DNA of 64,000 nucleotides from Klebsormidium nitens (lineage: Eukaryota > Plantae > Klebsormidiophyceae), in the NCBI GenBank assembly GCA_000708835.1, contig DF237260.1:1-64000 (forward strand). The letters are read 5' to 3'. Both the position numbers and the translations under genes were made by a program. Below are positions 10,364 to 32,910 of the stretch, piece after piece (within the stretch, counting starts at the first letter, position 1; every line of letters starts with the position of its first letter). Under the pieces are notes generated by a model. It searched no databases, was not told the DNA's origin, and saw only the letters and a program-made list of their open reading frames with translations.

Positions 10364-11216
10364 TTCAACAGTTGGTTAGTTGGGCCAGCGACGTCCGTCA
10401 GGAAGTCACGAGTCACGACTCCCCACAATAGGTACCTAGGTCGCTCGAAATTGCTCAGTGAGCGCTCCCCCCGGGGCAGCTCGGCTAGGTCCCTCGTGGC
10501 CTGTGGTAGATGGTATTTGACACTGAAACTTACCAGGTACGGTATGTATGTATGTATCTGTTCAGCGGATTGTGGCCCTTGTGTCAAATACCTAGATGCG
10601 CATTGCGGACTGATCGTTCGAACGAACTTTCCAGCTGGCTGCTGGTGCCAGTTCAGCAACACGCTTCAGCCTTCAGGTCTCAGGATTCATTCTCTGGATG
10701 TGCCCATTGGCAGGCTCGACGAGTTTCGCGTTTCCAGGGCAGACCGCAGCAATGACAGCAGCATTCACGTTGGACATGGGCAAGGGGATCCTCTCGCTCC
10801 CTCAAACGAAGGGAATAGGAGACGCCAGCTGACAATACTTCGCTATGCAGAATGGATTTCAAGAACATGTCTGAATCATTTCCTGCAATGAGGGGCGATC
10901 CTGATAGAAGTTCTGCAGGTTGAGGATCTTTGCAGAACAGATGAGTCCTTGAGTGCAGGCTTGGCCTTGCAAAGTGGTAAAATGCATTGTTCTTCAGCAC
11001 CACAGCGCAGATTGCTCCACCACCTGTTTCTTTGAGCAGACCCTCAAGTTGAAGGCGCCTGGTCTGCACGCTTCATGCCCCAGCGCTCCCCCAGCGTTAG
11101 GAGAGGCATGAGGCCGGTTGAGAAAGACAAAAGCTGGCTCTCTGATTGATGAAGCACATGGCCTGCACTGGAAAGATGCTGCAGGACAGCTTTACTGCTT
11201 CACCACATTCTTGACA

Positions 11217-19997
<8,781 letters not shown>

Positions 19998-21726
19998 CAG
20001 GATTTTGTGTCGATGACAGACTCGGTACGACTTCCAAAGAACGAAGAAAGTGCCAAAGCAGGTCGCAGCGCGGTCTTGTTTTGCTAGCACACTTGGTTTC
20101 GCTGTTGAATACTATATATTATGCGTTGTATGGTAGTAATTTGTTTCCAGAGTTGGAGCTAGGAGTCAGCGTTCGAAATTTCGCGACCTGATGACACAGC
20201 GGCGAGCGCCACAAGCAACCACAAGGGCGCGGCGTGCGATGCATTAAGAATACGGATTGACCCCAGTAAGATTCAATTCAGTGCCGGCAGTATAATTAGC
20301 CTAGCCCTAGCTAAGGGGTGGATTCTTCAATTTTCGTGCTAATCCAAAGCTTACCAAGCGAACGCTAATTATTCTGAGCTATAGGTGCAAACCAGATTTT
20401 GGGGCACAACCCCGGATACTAATACGGATCATTGCTTCGGATGCGTGGTAACCACGTTTTCCTAACGGTTGCAACATTAGCTTTTGCCATTTGAAGCTTG
20501 TCGAACGTCATATCATTGCCCGCCGTGTCTCAGTCCTAAATCTCCGTCTACTTAGCTGCAGTCCTGCTGACCGAACTCACTAAATCATGCACATGATCGG
20601 TGCCATTGGACATTGAAGTCGAAGTCGATTGCATCAGATGCTGCCATATGCAAAAGCCTGGGGCATGCTTCTTATGACTGTGATCGTTGGCTGAGCCTGT
20701 GATGTCTGGACGAGGATACGACCGTCATCCTGGCAAAATCTGCGGTATATGTACAGCTGCCGAATACACCCGGGCCCGGGCCGTAATTTTTAGCGACGAC
20801 GTCTCATGCTCGGTCGTTAAAGCTGCCGTGAAATTATCGTTCCCCCCGTTTCAAAATCAGTAATTTGGCCGGCCACCGCGGCCGGGGCCGCCGGAGATGC
20901 TGTTGGAAGAGCTGACGTGGCGAGGTTTGGGGTTTTAACTTTTTGACCCTGGATTTTCGGTCAATGATTGGTCGAAAGAAGCCCAGCCCAAGGTTCGCCT
21001 TTAAACCCCGCCACGTCAGCACTTCCAACAGCCCTTCTCCGGCCCCGATGATCGCGTGCGATCGCCAGATTGCTGATTCTCCTTGACCCCGCTCTGGCAG
21101 CTTCAGGATTCAATCTCAGGTTTACAGACTCTGCAATATGCATTATGCACCTGGCGGCTGACTGCTAGCATGCCCGCTGCGTATTACAATGCATGTGCAT
21201 TGTGCTGCTCAGCTCCGACCTCGTGAACGGCAAAACCGCAGGCTTTCACGCTGGGCATGGGCAAGGGGATCCTCTTGCTCCCTCAAACGAGGGGAATGAG
21301 AGACGCCAGCTGACAAGACGTAGCTATGCAGGATGGATCTCAAGAACATGTTTGAATCATTTTAAATTTCTGCACTGAGGGGCCATCCTGATCCACAATC
21401 TGCGAGTTGAGGATCATTTCGGAAAAGATGAGTCCTTGAGTGCAGGCTTGGCGTTGCAAAGTTGTCTAATGCATGTTGTTCAGCACTACAGCGCAGATTG
21501 GTTCACCACCTTTTTCCTCGAGCAGACCCTCAAGTTGAAGGCGCCTGGTTTGCAGGCTTCCTGACGGCATGCCCAGCGCTCCCCCAGCGCTCACCCAGCC
21601 TTACCTTAGTAGAGGCGTCAGGCCGGTTGAGAATGATGAAAAGCTGGCTCTCTGATTGAAGAAGCACATGGCCTACACAGGAACGACACTGCAGAACAGC
21701 TACACTCTTTCACCACGATCTTGACA

Positions 21727-24700
21727 ATGGGTGCAAGGCAGGCCCTTTGTCTGCTTGCATCTTTTGTGTTCGGTGTAGGGCTTGTGAGCACAGATTATGT
21801 AGTAACGGGGCCTAGTCCTGGCCCTGCCATACCTCCAGGTCAATGCCCTTACGTTTTCAAAGATGTCAATGTCAAGTACGCCCAGGGTTTTTGCCCCACA
21901 GGTGAGAATGCCTCGCGTTCTTTTAACGAGATTTTGGCGGATACATCATCTATCTGAGTTAAAATCGAGTGGCTTAACGCAATGCTTGTCATCTAAAGGG
22001 AAGAGAGTACAAGAGGCCACGCAAACCGGTCATTAAATTCAGAGAGTCAAAATTGAAGCCTTTTTACCGGACTCTGCAGTGAAAGCTTTTGGAAGCTCTC
22101 TCTGAGGATCTGTTGTGCGATGAAGCTTCTGAATTAAACTGCTTGCGATGCACATTCTCATTCAAAACATGCGTCCATTCTGCACCTCTGGATGATACAT
22201 TTGAGACCATCTGGGTCTCTTCTCCCACTCGGTCGTCTAGAAGGTTGTTTGTGGCTCAGGACCGATGTGCTCACCTCAATTTAGCTTTTGCACTTATTCA
22301 GCTAGCTTCACCAACATCACTTCGCGCGGAACCTTGTTTGCACTCGCGTTGGCTCGCCCTGGCTGAAGTGGTTCAGTGTTGGTTGCCTGGACTTTTCAGT
22401 TTAAGTCTGGATCATTTCTGATAGATGGTACAACAAGGAGCGTCACATGAAGTCTGTATTCAGGAGCGATTGTTTTCCGCTTCAAAACTTGGTGAGAACA
22501 TTCCTTGTATCTGCATCAAGCAAACCATAATACCTTTCTGGTAAAAATGATGTGAAATAGCCATAATCGAGTTCATCTCTTGAGTTCTGTTACCATCTGT
22601 CTGGCCTTGCTGCGCTTAAGGTCCAGGAGACTAAGCACCAAAGCGTTCACGGTCCTCAAGAAAAGCACCTCAAACGGGGCTCCTCCAAGGAACACCGTGG
22701 AAGTCCGACCCTGATTTTTCTCCCTTCGCAGAAGCCCAAGCTAAAAACGTTGTCTTCAGCTCGTCATGCTGCAATGTTCTGGACGGGCTCCTCTTTCAGA
22801 GCAGGGTGCAGCTAGCTAACGAGACTGGAGTCCTGCTGCTGCCGCAGTCATCCGCTGATGCATGCATTAAGGTGCGTTTATTGCTGGGGCTGCCCTTACA
22901 AAACGGCATTAAAGCATAGGCATCTTTGGTCTTGCTAAAAAAACTGCGCGCTGGCTCCGTCTGACAGGAATACTTGTCATTAGACTTTTCGCATGGAGGC
23001 ATGAGTTGGCCATCGTCCTTGATGCAAAGTTCACTGATCCTCAGTGCTGCTGGCTTATACAGCGTATTTCATACAGGAGACAACATCCAAGTTAAAGTGT
23101 TTCCCCTGCTACCGAGAGACTGTGTTTGAGTCTCAAATTCTGGAGCCACTTAAGATTCACCAGAGATCTTGGTTCCTTTACAGACTCCCTCTTAACACGG
23201 GAATTGATCCCTCTGTGGTCGCTAAGCTGCAGCTCATGTTCAAATTAATCTAAACCATGGTGGATGTTGGCTAAATGAAACGCTCCAAGGGAACAGCTGT
23301 TGTGGCTGAGGACTTTGCTGACGCTCGCCCCACGTTTCCGCTGCAGGCGGCCGCAGAGGCATTTGGTCCAGGGGCTGAACAGCTGTTTGCCACATGTGGT
23401 ATTAACAGCACTCTCCTGTCAATTGAGAACGGAGCACCCTGCGGAGCGGAACTTTTGACAGTCTATGACTTTTGGGAAGCTTCGAGCCACTATTTCCCAG
23501 GTGCGTGCTGCCTCAACATGTGACTTTTGCTTGATGGATGCTTCAGGAACAAGCTAGGCACAGAGGATTCTGTTTGGTTTATGAGGAAACGGCTTGGAAC
23601 TGTCGAGAAATTTGCAGACATATAGGCCTGCAGAAGCTCTGCGTAAGTGGCACCTTTCGAAAGCTCAATTCTGCATGTGGATTGCATGCTCCAGCAGGCA
23701 AGCGCACGGCCAATCTCAGCACATATACCTAAGCTATTCTCAGTTCTACTGGTGAAGTTCTTCGAAGCTATGGTTGAGTCGTAGTTGAGCTTGCTAAAGC
23801 ATCCAGATGTTGAAACTTTTGCTGGAATGTGGCAGCAACTTTACAGGCCACTTTGATATTAATGGAGCCAAGCACACCGCAATGTGATCACCAGAAAGCC
23901 TATTTCGATATTGAAGCCCTAGGATGCTTGCTTCTTGCTTTCGCAGGTAAGGACCTTTGAACAGTAAAGGTCTCCTTGTAAGAAGCTTGTCTTTCTTGTG
24001 GTGCTTAGAGAACTTGTTGAGCCTGTGTCTCTTCCTGGCCTCCTGCTCATCTTGAGAGGCCTAGGCTGCTTTATCCAACCTCATCACAGCAAAGCTCTTG
24101 AAGAATAGACTTTAGCTGAAGAGACACTTTGAGGAATCTCTTGTCCAGTGGATGTTACAACAGAGAGCGACATGGATCTGCTCTAACGGTGCAAGAACCG
24201 AGACCAAGGCTGTTCAGCTACGAGATAAAGCCCGCTTATAGCAATAGTGAAAGGCCATTGTGGCAGTGGAACCGGAAGTGACCGTTTTGCACGATTTTGT
24301 CTCAGGCATCACAGGCGCATCGTGCTTCCAAGCAAGCGACTGCACGACATGTACGGCTCAAGTCAACGCAAAGATTGCCTCTCTGAGGGGCAACACGACT
24401 CTGCTCACCTCCCCCGCTTGTCAAGGTGAGTTGCAGAAGCTCGAATCTCTTAGATACGTGTCACCAGAAACGGTAAAGGTCTTATAGGAATCCCGCAATC
24501 TTACCGCCGGAACGCTGTGATGTGGACCTACGTTTTCTGCCAAGGGCTGTGGCAGTCTTTGTGACCTCTACGCCAAACTTTGATGAGTTTGTAGGGAAGT
24601 CAATATTTTGCGTACAGCCACAGCAAGGCAATTCGTCCCCCCATTTCTGGTTCTTGAGTCCTAACGAACCACGGCGAGATCATGGAGACAGGCAACGCTT

Positions 24701-27700
24701 GCCAAGCAAGAGCGCGCTCCAGTCAAATTCGGTGGACCTCAATAAGAAGAGTTGATACCATTCTGCAGGCAGCGGTAGTCCCTTCGCCTGACTCTTGTGT
24801 AACGTCTGGTGAAGGTTGCACTCTTCCATGTCTCCCAGATGTCTTGGCATCAGTTCCAAAATTTTCGTTGCCCTGAAATCCTTGTTGATCTCTCAACGTC
24901 TCTGCGGTCAGACAGGCAGCGAGGGAACTCTCCTTTTGAAGTTGGGGACTTAGTCTTTTATGTCAGCAGGATGTGTCAATGGAACAGACCATGCAACGTA
25001 TTTATGATCGTCCTTCAGAATCTGTCCCTTTCTGACGTGCCATGCAACCTTACGCTAACCCTTCTAGGAGACTGCACTTCGCACCTAGGGACAAGCCTTT
25101 CGTTTATCAGAACCCACCCCCGACATCCAGCCACAGGAGATCCAAGCAAATTCATTTCTCCCGAGCACAGCTCTCGACTCCTCACCGAATAAGGTTCAAC
25201 TCTTTTGAACGTTCTCGACTGCTTTCTTCCACAGCACTCGGCCAGATCGCAATGACGGCTGCGGCTTACCCCGTCGTGGTTGCCAACGGGATCTCGGGGT
25301 GCGTCAAGAAAGTGCCGATTCTCAAGCTGGACCAGTCGCCGGTCTGCGACTCCTTGAACTGGGACGAGATCGACTTCTCTTCGGTAGCCCTCAGTTGCGG
25401 GTCGGCGCAGATACGCAGTGACCGGTGCTGCGATCTGTTGTTGGGCATCGGCGGCCAGGCGCTTAGCATCTACGCCAACCGCACCGGCCATCCAATGCCA
25501 CAGGTGAATATGGTTTGATTTCATGTTTCTTCGTTTGCATCTGTAGATACTTTGAAGCCTGCATATGTTTGTGGCAAAGTTGCCCCCAACTTTGAAATAT
25601 CTGGCGTCGCCGACATGACCTGTTGCGAGCGAGTCTTGAACTTCACTCCTTTCCAATCAGGTTTTGCAGGCGGGTTTTACAGTAGGTATTGATCAATCTA
25701 GGGTAAACAAGCCTAAGATTGGACTGAAGATGTTTCCCCGCCCAGGATTTGCAGGCGGACTTCCCAGTAGGTATTGCTCATTTTCGGGTGGACAAACCCC
25801 GCAAAAGGATCAGACGTGAAAAGATCACAAGCTTGCCGTACCGCGTCCTTAAAACCAAAAGTCGGTCCTGCTTCATTGTTGTAAGTTCGCGTTGGTCTGT
25901 AGTTGGTTAGCTGGCTGTATCTGCTTCATCTATTACTTAGCGCGGTGGGTACGAGTCAGACCAATCGACGGTTGCTTGGCTCATTCGCGTTCGCATTGTT
26001 GCACCAACTAAAGGTGGTGCCTCGTCGTCTTCGTCACTGTCAGGATAAATGCTTACATCCTCAAATCAAAAAAGGCAGTACTCACGGCCACCTTTACGAG
26101 GGTTGCTCAATCGTCACAGAACCGCACCACAACAGGTCTCAGTAGTCTGGATGTCTTCCTTATCCCACCCACCGGCCCTTCCGTCCGCATCAACACCTTC
26201 GCATTTGATCCTCAGTCGCAGTGCTCAGGGAAAGGCGTAGTAGCTCTTAATCCTGACCCACTCAAAACCATTGGACAAACCCACTTTTTCCATGGAGTAC
26301 TTCAAATCAAAACAGGCCGTAGGATCAAATTATTCAGGAATGGGACTAGCTCAAGGTTCAAGACTTCCATCCTTTTGAGTGACCGAGTCCTCCACTCCAG
26401 TTGGAGCTAAACTTAAGGTGCGATAACGCCCAAACAACTCATTCAAGATTGATACTCCCTGCAGGACCAGGCCCAACCGTGCCTCGCCGAAGTCGACGCG
26501 CGCCTAACCAAAGCGGGCGTCACGACAAGCGTGTATCAGCGATGCAACCTGACGCCATTCCCGCTCCTCTTCTCGGTCGGCTGCTACAACTACTCCAACT
26601 TCGACGCCCGGATCCCCGACCGCCTTCTGCTGCCTTCGGGGGACGCGTGCACCCCTAACCAAGCCAACTGCTCCAACAGCATCTGCCAGGCGCAGTTCGA
26701 CATCGCGTCGACGTTCCTAGCGAACTCGTCTGACCCCCAGGTTTACAACCTGTGCAATATCATGGTGTTGATTCAGTACCTCTCGCGGTTCGACTCTTTG
26801 AGCGAGATCACCGCCCGCCTGAACTGCATCATCTATTACCCGGAGCCGCTCGCGCTTGGCGTCCTGGCCCCAAAGTCGAGCGCCTTGACGACGTCAGCAA
26901 TAGCTGCGATCATCGCCACTTGCGTTGCAGTGGTGCTCATAGTCGCAGTCGTTGTTGTCGTCTACAAGAGGCGCTCCTTGAAGGACGGTTTCGATGAGTG
27001 TCTCGGCGGCGGGACGAAGAGCTCAAAGCAATGGACGGGGATCCCCGGGCTCACGTTAGAAAGCTACAGTTTCTCTACCTTAAAAAGGGCGACCAAAAAC
27101 TTTAGTGAGGACCGGTTGCTGGGGCGGGGTGGCTCGGGGAAGGTGTTCATGGGAGAGCTCCGGGGCAAGCTGGTCGCCGTCAAAGTCATCACCAGAGAAG
27201 CCCTTGCGGGAGGCGCCAAGGTGAGGCTTTTTTGTCTTTTGGCTCGGGCGACTCTACGGCTGTTTCGAAAGCGGTATAGGAGGAAGAAGAAGGTGATAGT
27301 GGGTCCTGGTTGACCTGACTAAGTGTCTGGCGTAGAGGCCTTCACTTGCCCATTATTTTGGCAGAGAGGAAACCGCAGGCTGAGGAGCCGAAGACGAAAA
27401 CCTGCAAAATCTGTCCCTGGTATGCGTTTGGAGAAAAAGTGACACTGACTTTAACTTGTCTGGCTCGGAGAAGAAGGCTGAATGCCGGCCAGAGCGCCGA
27501 GCTTATAGTCTCGCTCCTTTGCGTCCCAACGGTCAATTACTCTTCAACGTTCTCGAGGCCGAAAATAGGTATTCGTCTTCCCTTCGTGTCTTCTGAATTT
27601 GAAGATTGCGCGCCCGCCTCCTTTCTTTCTCCCATTTCTCTGCAGTTGTGAGTGTCACAATGCCTTCTAAATATCAGCTGGTTTCGTTCGGCCCTCGGTT

Positions 27701-30700
27701 TTACCCAGTCTCAAATGAAGTGTGAATCCGCCCTTTCCTTCGTAGGTAATCCTCTTTAAAACCCTAACCCAAAAGATCACCCGCTCCGCACCCATACCCA
27801 CCCTAACTCCCTAACTAACCCTACCCGTCTCCGTTACTGTTCACTGGCTGTTACTGTTCACCACATTGATCGGGATGGACTTTCGCAGCAGCTGACAGAA
27901 TAGAGTCTTGTTGTGAGCCGCTTGAGGCCTTCACGCAAATGAGCCTGCTCAATCTCTGCTTTCTTGCAGGAGTTTCAAAACGAGGTGTTGTCGATGGCGC
28001 GTTGCCGTCATCGTCACCTGGTCAGCCTCGAAGGCTGCTGCAACTCCCCACGAAACTGTAAGCTTTGGGTCCAACGTCGGGCTCGGAATCTCACTCTCTC
28101 CTTAATGAGTACCGGTACAATCAGGTATCATATCTTCCTTGCTTGCCTGCTTGCTTATGATGGAGGCGTGTCTTGCTGAGACCACGGTGACTTGTGTTAT
28201 TTGTACTGCCTTCTGTTACCTTAGACGGATGCTCAAAAGGTTCGAGATGTGAGATTCGAGCAGCCGCAGAGTGACTGGTTCGTGTCCCGCCCTCCCCCAT
28301 TTCTATGTCCAAACACAGCCACCGTTGTATCGTAGCTGCCGAAAGATGCAGCCTAATAGATTCAAGCTCGGAAGGCAAAGAGCAGACGACTTATAATTTA
28401 GCAACTCTCAACTGGGCGCCTCAATGAGTCGTCAAGCGTTGACATCTGATAGTAGATAGTTGATCTCAAACTTTGCGAATTGCTTCTTAATCAAATGCTG
28501 TCGTAGCCCATGTGAAAGATGAGATAGATGACTTGTATTCGGCCGGTCACCTATTGTCGGTTACGGCACGCTGCACGAGAAAGAACGCATGACCAATCTC
28601 AGATGTCCGCACCAAGTAGCGTCCTTCTGGTCTAGATGCAAAGACGCCCTGTCCCGTCGCATTTGCGCAGATGTCTTGGTCTACGAGTTCATGGAGAACG
28701 GGAGTCTAGACGACCATTTGTACCCGCCAAGAGGAGGGGCACACAACACACCAGACGGAGCCCAAACCCGCTTCCTGGACTGGCCGACAAGAATGAAGAT
28801 TGCACTCGGGGCAGCTCAAGGGTTGGCTTTCCTCCATGAGGTAGGGCCGTTCTTTGACTCCCAAGCACTGCACTCATTGAAAGCTGGCTTGAGGGCTGAG
28901 TTTATACCGTCACAATGCAATGTGATATGAAGCTTGTCTACTGGGTCATTTAAGGCCCGCTCGTGGGCCTGGCAACAAAGCTTTGGAACCGTCGGTCAAC
29001 GAGGGCAGCCCCCAGATTCCACCCTCCAGATTGTCCGGTGGGGTTCGTGTTCATTGCCCTTTACCACTTCGACCCTGGTTTACGACGGCAATGTCTCGGG
29101 GGGTTTGACGGACGACTTGGCCTTACTCGCAACTGTTCTTGACACATCTGTCCAGTTGACTTACAAAAGGATGCTTGTGTCAAACCACCAGAAACGTGCG
29201 TACTGACTCTTCTTCATTTGACGGTCAAAGGACCAGTTTCAGCTTGAGGCGCCTTGATCTTTTCTGACCCTTGAGCAGCTCGAGAAGTCAAACGTACGGG
29301 TTCGAAGCATCATTGCATTTGAAACGCGCTTTTACCAGAAGATCTCCTTTTGCTGAAGCTGAGTGACGTGAATTGTGAAGTCTTCTGGATGATCCGAAGG
29401 TGGCCAAGAAAGAAATCTCACGTGCGCATCTCAAATGCCTTCCAACCCTGCTCTCATGGCGTCGATCCTCCTCGATTGATTCTGAGGGACAGAAACTTGG
29501 CGGTTCAAAAGGAAGGCTGTCAAGAGATTCCGAAGACATTGGCACCGACAAATGCTCTTCTATCAACACGAAACATACCACGAAACGCGCTCGCAGGGTT
29601 GCAAGCCCCGCATCCTTCACCGCGACATCAAGCCGAGCAACATTCTCTTGGACTCCGATTTTGAGGCCAAGGTCGCCGACTTTGGACTGGCCAAGCTGAC
29701 TACGGACGGCGACACCCACCTCACCGCGAGTGAGTCTCCAGACAATGCTTTTGGCTTCCGTCTTTGTTTTCATCCGATAGTGCAGTGCTTCGGCTTCAGT
29801 CAGGCAGACTTTCAATCGGTTAGGTTAAGTGCTGACGGTAAAAGTCTGACCCTGGACGGGAACGCGCAGCGAAGGGAGTGAAGGCTGTCCAAGAACAGTG
29901 CTCGGACCTCTTTCTTGAGTCCCCGGGTGCTCTGCACGGTGTTCCCATGTCTTCCCAAGGCAACCCCAAACTTCTAAAAGCCTTCTCAAAGGGTATTCCG
30001 CTCTTTCAGGAGACGCATGCATTCGCAGGCGGCGCTCGCGCTAACCTATCCTGTTCCTGTTCAGGCATCGCCGGCACGTGGGGCTTTATGGCGCCCGAGT
30101 ACGCGTCATCCGGCCGCCTGACCGACAAGAGTGACGTGTACAGCTTCGGGGTGGTTCTGCTGACGTTGGTTGCGGGACGGCGGCCGATAGAGCCCCTCGA
30201 AGCGCAGGACAAGGTGAGACTCCGCCGAGCCTGATCGTTCCGTGAAGAATGTTTCGGTACGTGGAATCTGGTTGGCTTCGTGAATTGAGCTTCTGCCAGG
30301 CGGATGTGTGAGAACTTTCCAATCTTGCTGATCTTAGTTCTGCGCAGCCACTCGTGGCAAGCTTCCTCGCACGTTCTTGGGTTCAGTCTCTGCGGGTCGT
30401 ATCCCGCGGAATCCCCTGATGCAGATTTGGTATAGCAACCAAGAACAAATTTACTCCGCCTCCTGAGTCAGATCCCTCTTTTGAGCGATATGGAGAGCGG
30501 AAGTTTCCTTCCATGTCCGAACAGATTGTGGAAATCAGATGGGCAATCGTCTTTGCTCTCCGTGCTGCTCTGCTGCTATTCATTTGTCCGCTTCCAATGG
30601 TTGGATTGTTTGCGATTACCGACCGGCTGAGAGCATTGGATTTAAGCTTCACGCTCCAAGACGTCAGCACGACGTCACCTTTGTTGAAACGCCTTTGACG

Positions 30701-31638
30701 CGTGCACTCTTTCGACCGCCGACTGAACTAGAGTTGCTCCAGGTTTACCTCATCGAGTGGGCTTGGACCTTGGCGGAAGCGGACGCACTGCCGGAGCTGC
30801 TAGACGTCAGGCTGACGTCAGCGCTGAAGGAACACGCCGCGGCCATCGACAACGTCACACGGGTGAGCTGTGGACGCGCTTCGTTCGGCTGTTCTAACGG
30901 CACGCACCTTCTCAAACTCTGGGAGATACGTCCGCCTGAAAACGAAAGCACTCGGGTGCTCGTGCTCGTTAAAAGTTGGCCCGGCCTCTGATATGAACCA
31001 TCAGGTCTCGCTTCAAATGAAGTACAGTTGCATCCGCAACTGGCGACGAGAGCACCTACTACGCTGTCTCGTATTGTCGCCGCAATCTCAAACCTGCCAA
31101 ACCGTGCGGTCAGAGATGGCCGCGCCAGCCACGTCAGCTCTCAGAAGCCAAAGCCCCTTATAACGGACGAAAGTGCATCTCCGCCGTCACGAAAAACCGG
31201 CCACCGCAACGTTCCCCGACCTCTTTCCTTCCCTGCGTCGTAAGCAGACAGACTGCAAAATGTGGGTTGCATGCGCGCCCTCCGCTCACACTCTTCTCTT
31301 TATTGCAGATCGCGCTTCTTTGCATACACTCGCAAGTCAACCTGCGGCCGACCATGGTCGAGTGCATCGCCATGCTCACCGGTAAGGCCCCAGTGCCAGC
31401 CCTCCGCCCGGGGCTGATTTTCACGCCATCCTCGTTAGCGACACCGGGACCCAGCAGTGACTGGAACAGCACGGACGGGAGCGCCGGGTGGTCGGGGGTT
31501 TCCCGGGGGGTGTTAAGTAACCAGAGCGTGGTTAGCGGGCACAGCATGTTGAGCAACCAGAGCTTGTCGAAGATTGAGTTCGCCGGACGGACCGGGGGCA
31601 TCGAAGCGGATGACTTGGAGCCCGGCATGGGGACGTAG
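21727..31638 (+). CDS. Receptor-like kinase copy 2: intact two-SPARK RLK (867 aa)
   Basis: Exons 21727-21901, 22732-22871, 23347-23500, 24306-24425, 25235-25503, 26465-27220, 27970-28057, 28671-28840, 29597-29729, 30065-30213, 30743-30862, 31309-31638 total 2604 nt, in frame, with canonical splice sites. All kinase motifs are present. Confidence 0.92.
27758..27829 (-). repeat. Dispersed telomere-like repeat element (other copies 16683-16754 minus, 32805-32910 plus, 62583-62691 plus)
   Basis: The reverse complement gacgggtagggttagttagggagttagggtgggtatgggtgcggagcgggtg...gggttagggtttt closely matches 32805-32880 and more loosely 62583-62652. Confidence 0.7.
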
Positions 31639-32374
31639 CATGATAGTGTGTTTGATGACAAACTCGGTATGACTTCCAAGAAACGAAGAAAGTGCCAGAG
31701 CACGCCGCAGCGCGGTCTTGTTCTTCTAGCACACTCGTTTTTGGCTGTTGAATACTAGATATTTTGAGTTGTATGGTAGTATTCTGCTTCCAGAGATGGA
31801 GCTAGGAGTCAGCGTTTGAAAGTTTTGCGACCGGATGACACCAGGGGCGAGCGGTCACGAGCAGCCGCGCAAGGGCGCTGCATTCAATGCGTTAAGAACA
31901 AGAACACGGAGTGACCCCAGTCAGTTTCTATTCAATGCCGGCAGTATGATTAGCGTAGCCCCAATACTAGCCCTAAGGAATTGTTTCTGTAATATTTGTT
32001 CTGAATCTGAATTTTACCGGGTGCAAACTAGGTATTGGGATATTGGGGTACAACCCCGGATCCTAAGACAATTGATCGCTTGTAGGCTTGTTAACCATGT
32101 ACACCTAACGGTTGCAGATTGAAGCTTGCGATCGAAGATTGTATGCGAGTGCGTGAACCAGTCCGGCCGGAATCTCCGTCAACCTGAGCACGCTCTTTTG
32201 ACCGGAGTCACTACTAATTACATGATCATGCAGCATGCCGCCCACTGACGCTCGACATTGAACAGAGTATTCTGCCGTACAAAACCTTATAGGGCAACTG
32301 AGAGCCTTTCGGTGTCCTCGATCCTTTCAGCCCTCGTTTGACGTGGATTGCTTTACAACGTTGCTGCAGCTTAT

Positions 32375-32545
32375 GTGGGTGCCGAAGTTGCAAACAACGT
32401 CCTGCTATTAGCTCTGTGACCACCATACATTGAGTAATCGACCCCGATCCTTCTTCTTTCCTTCGACGTTTCGTTGGCCTCCTCCCCCTTCCTTCCAGTC
32501 CCTTCCTCTTCCGACGACATCGTCTGCCCACCTTCCACCCCAAAA
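32375..32545 (-). pseudogene. Remnant of the 3' end of the U11/U12-48K gene carried along in the RLK duplication
   Basis: aacaacgtcctgc...taatc...tccttcttcttt...gcctcctc...cag.ccc.t.ctcttc.gacg...tcgtctgcccaccttc aligns with 43587-43715. It translates RRRIGVDY versus RRRNDY* at the end of the intact gene. Confidence 0.65.
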
Positions 32546-32804
32546 ACTCCCGTCGAGCTCCAAATTTGACCATCATGCTGGCCTGGCAATTGAGATTGGC
32601 GGACTCACTACTATTCACTGTGGTCAGGAATCAGTAATAATCGCAATGACGACATCTGACCTCGATCTGTCGTCATAAGGGCTCCCTCTCTTAATTCTCC
32701 TTTTGCCAGCTGGCTGCGCTGATCGAATCTTGTCTGTGCCCGGCCGGCATGAAACTCAAGAGAAATGATGGTAAGCCGAGACAATAGTAAGGTAACCGTA
32801 CTGT

Positions 32805-32910
32805 GACGGGTAGGGTTAGTATGGTGGTTAGGGTGGATACGGGTGCTGAGCGGGTGTTTAATTTTAAGGTTAGGGTTTTTAGTGTTAGTCGAAGCTTACT
32901 ATTATCTTGG
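32805..32910 (+). repeat. Dispersed telomere-like repeat element upstream of RLK copy 3
   Basis: Inverted match to 27758-27829; the tail aagcttactattatcttggcttact is shared with 62667-62691. Confidence 0.7.

Noticed and set aside
10757-10833. 18-codon uORF MGKGILSLPQTKGIGDAS shared by RLK copies 1 and 2
   Set aside because: All four differences between the copies are non-synonymous in this frame and the ATG is absent in copy 3, so there is no sign of peptide conservation.
10292-11069. 199-aa plus ORF and 129-aa minus ORF as independent genes
   Set aside because: No ATG-led conserved protein or recognisable motif; only a short part is mirrored in copy 2 (treated as leader/uORF).
25664-25805. 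Two ~85-bp spaced imperfect copies (ttgcaggcgg...cagtaggtattg) in intron 5 of RLK copy 2; similar small duplications at 14085-14140 and 16147-16215
   Set aside because: Ordinary short intronic duplications away from used splice sites, with no functional evidence.
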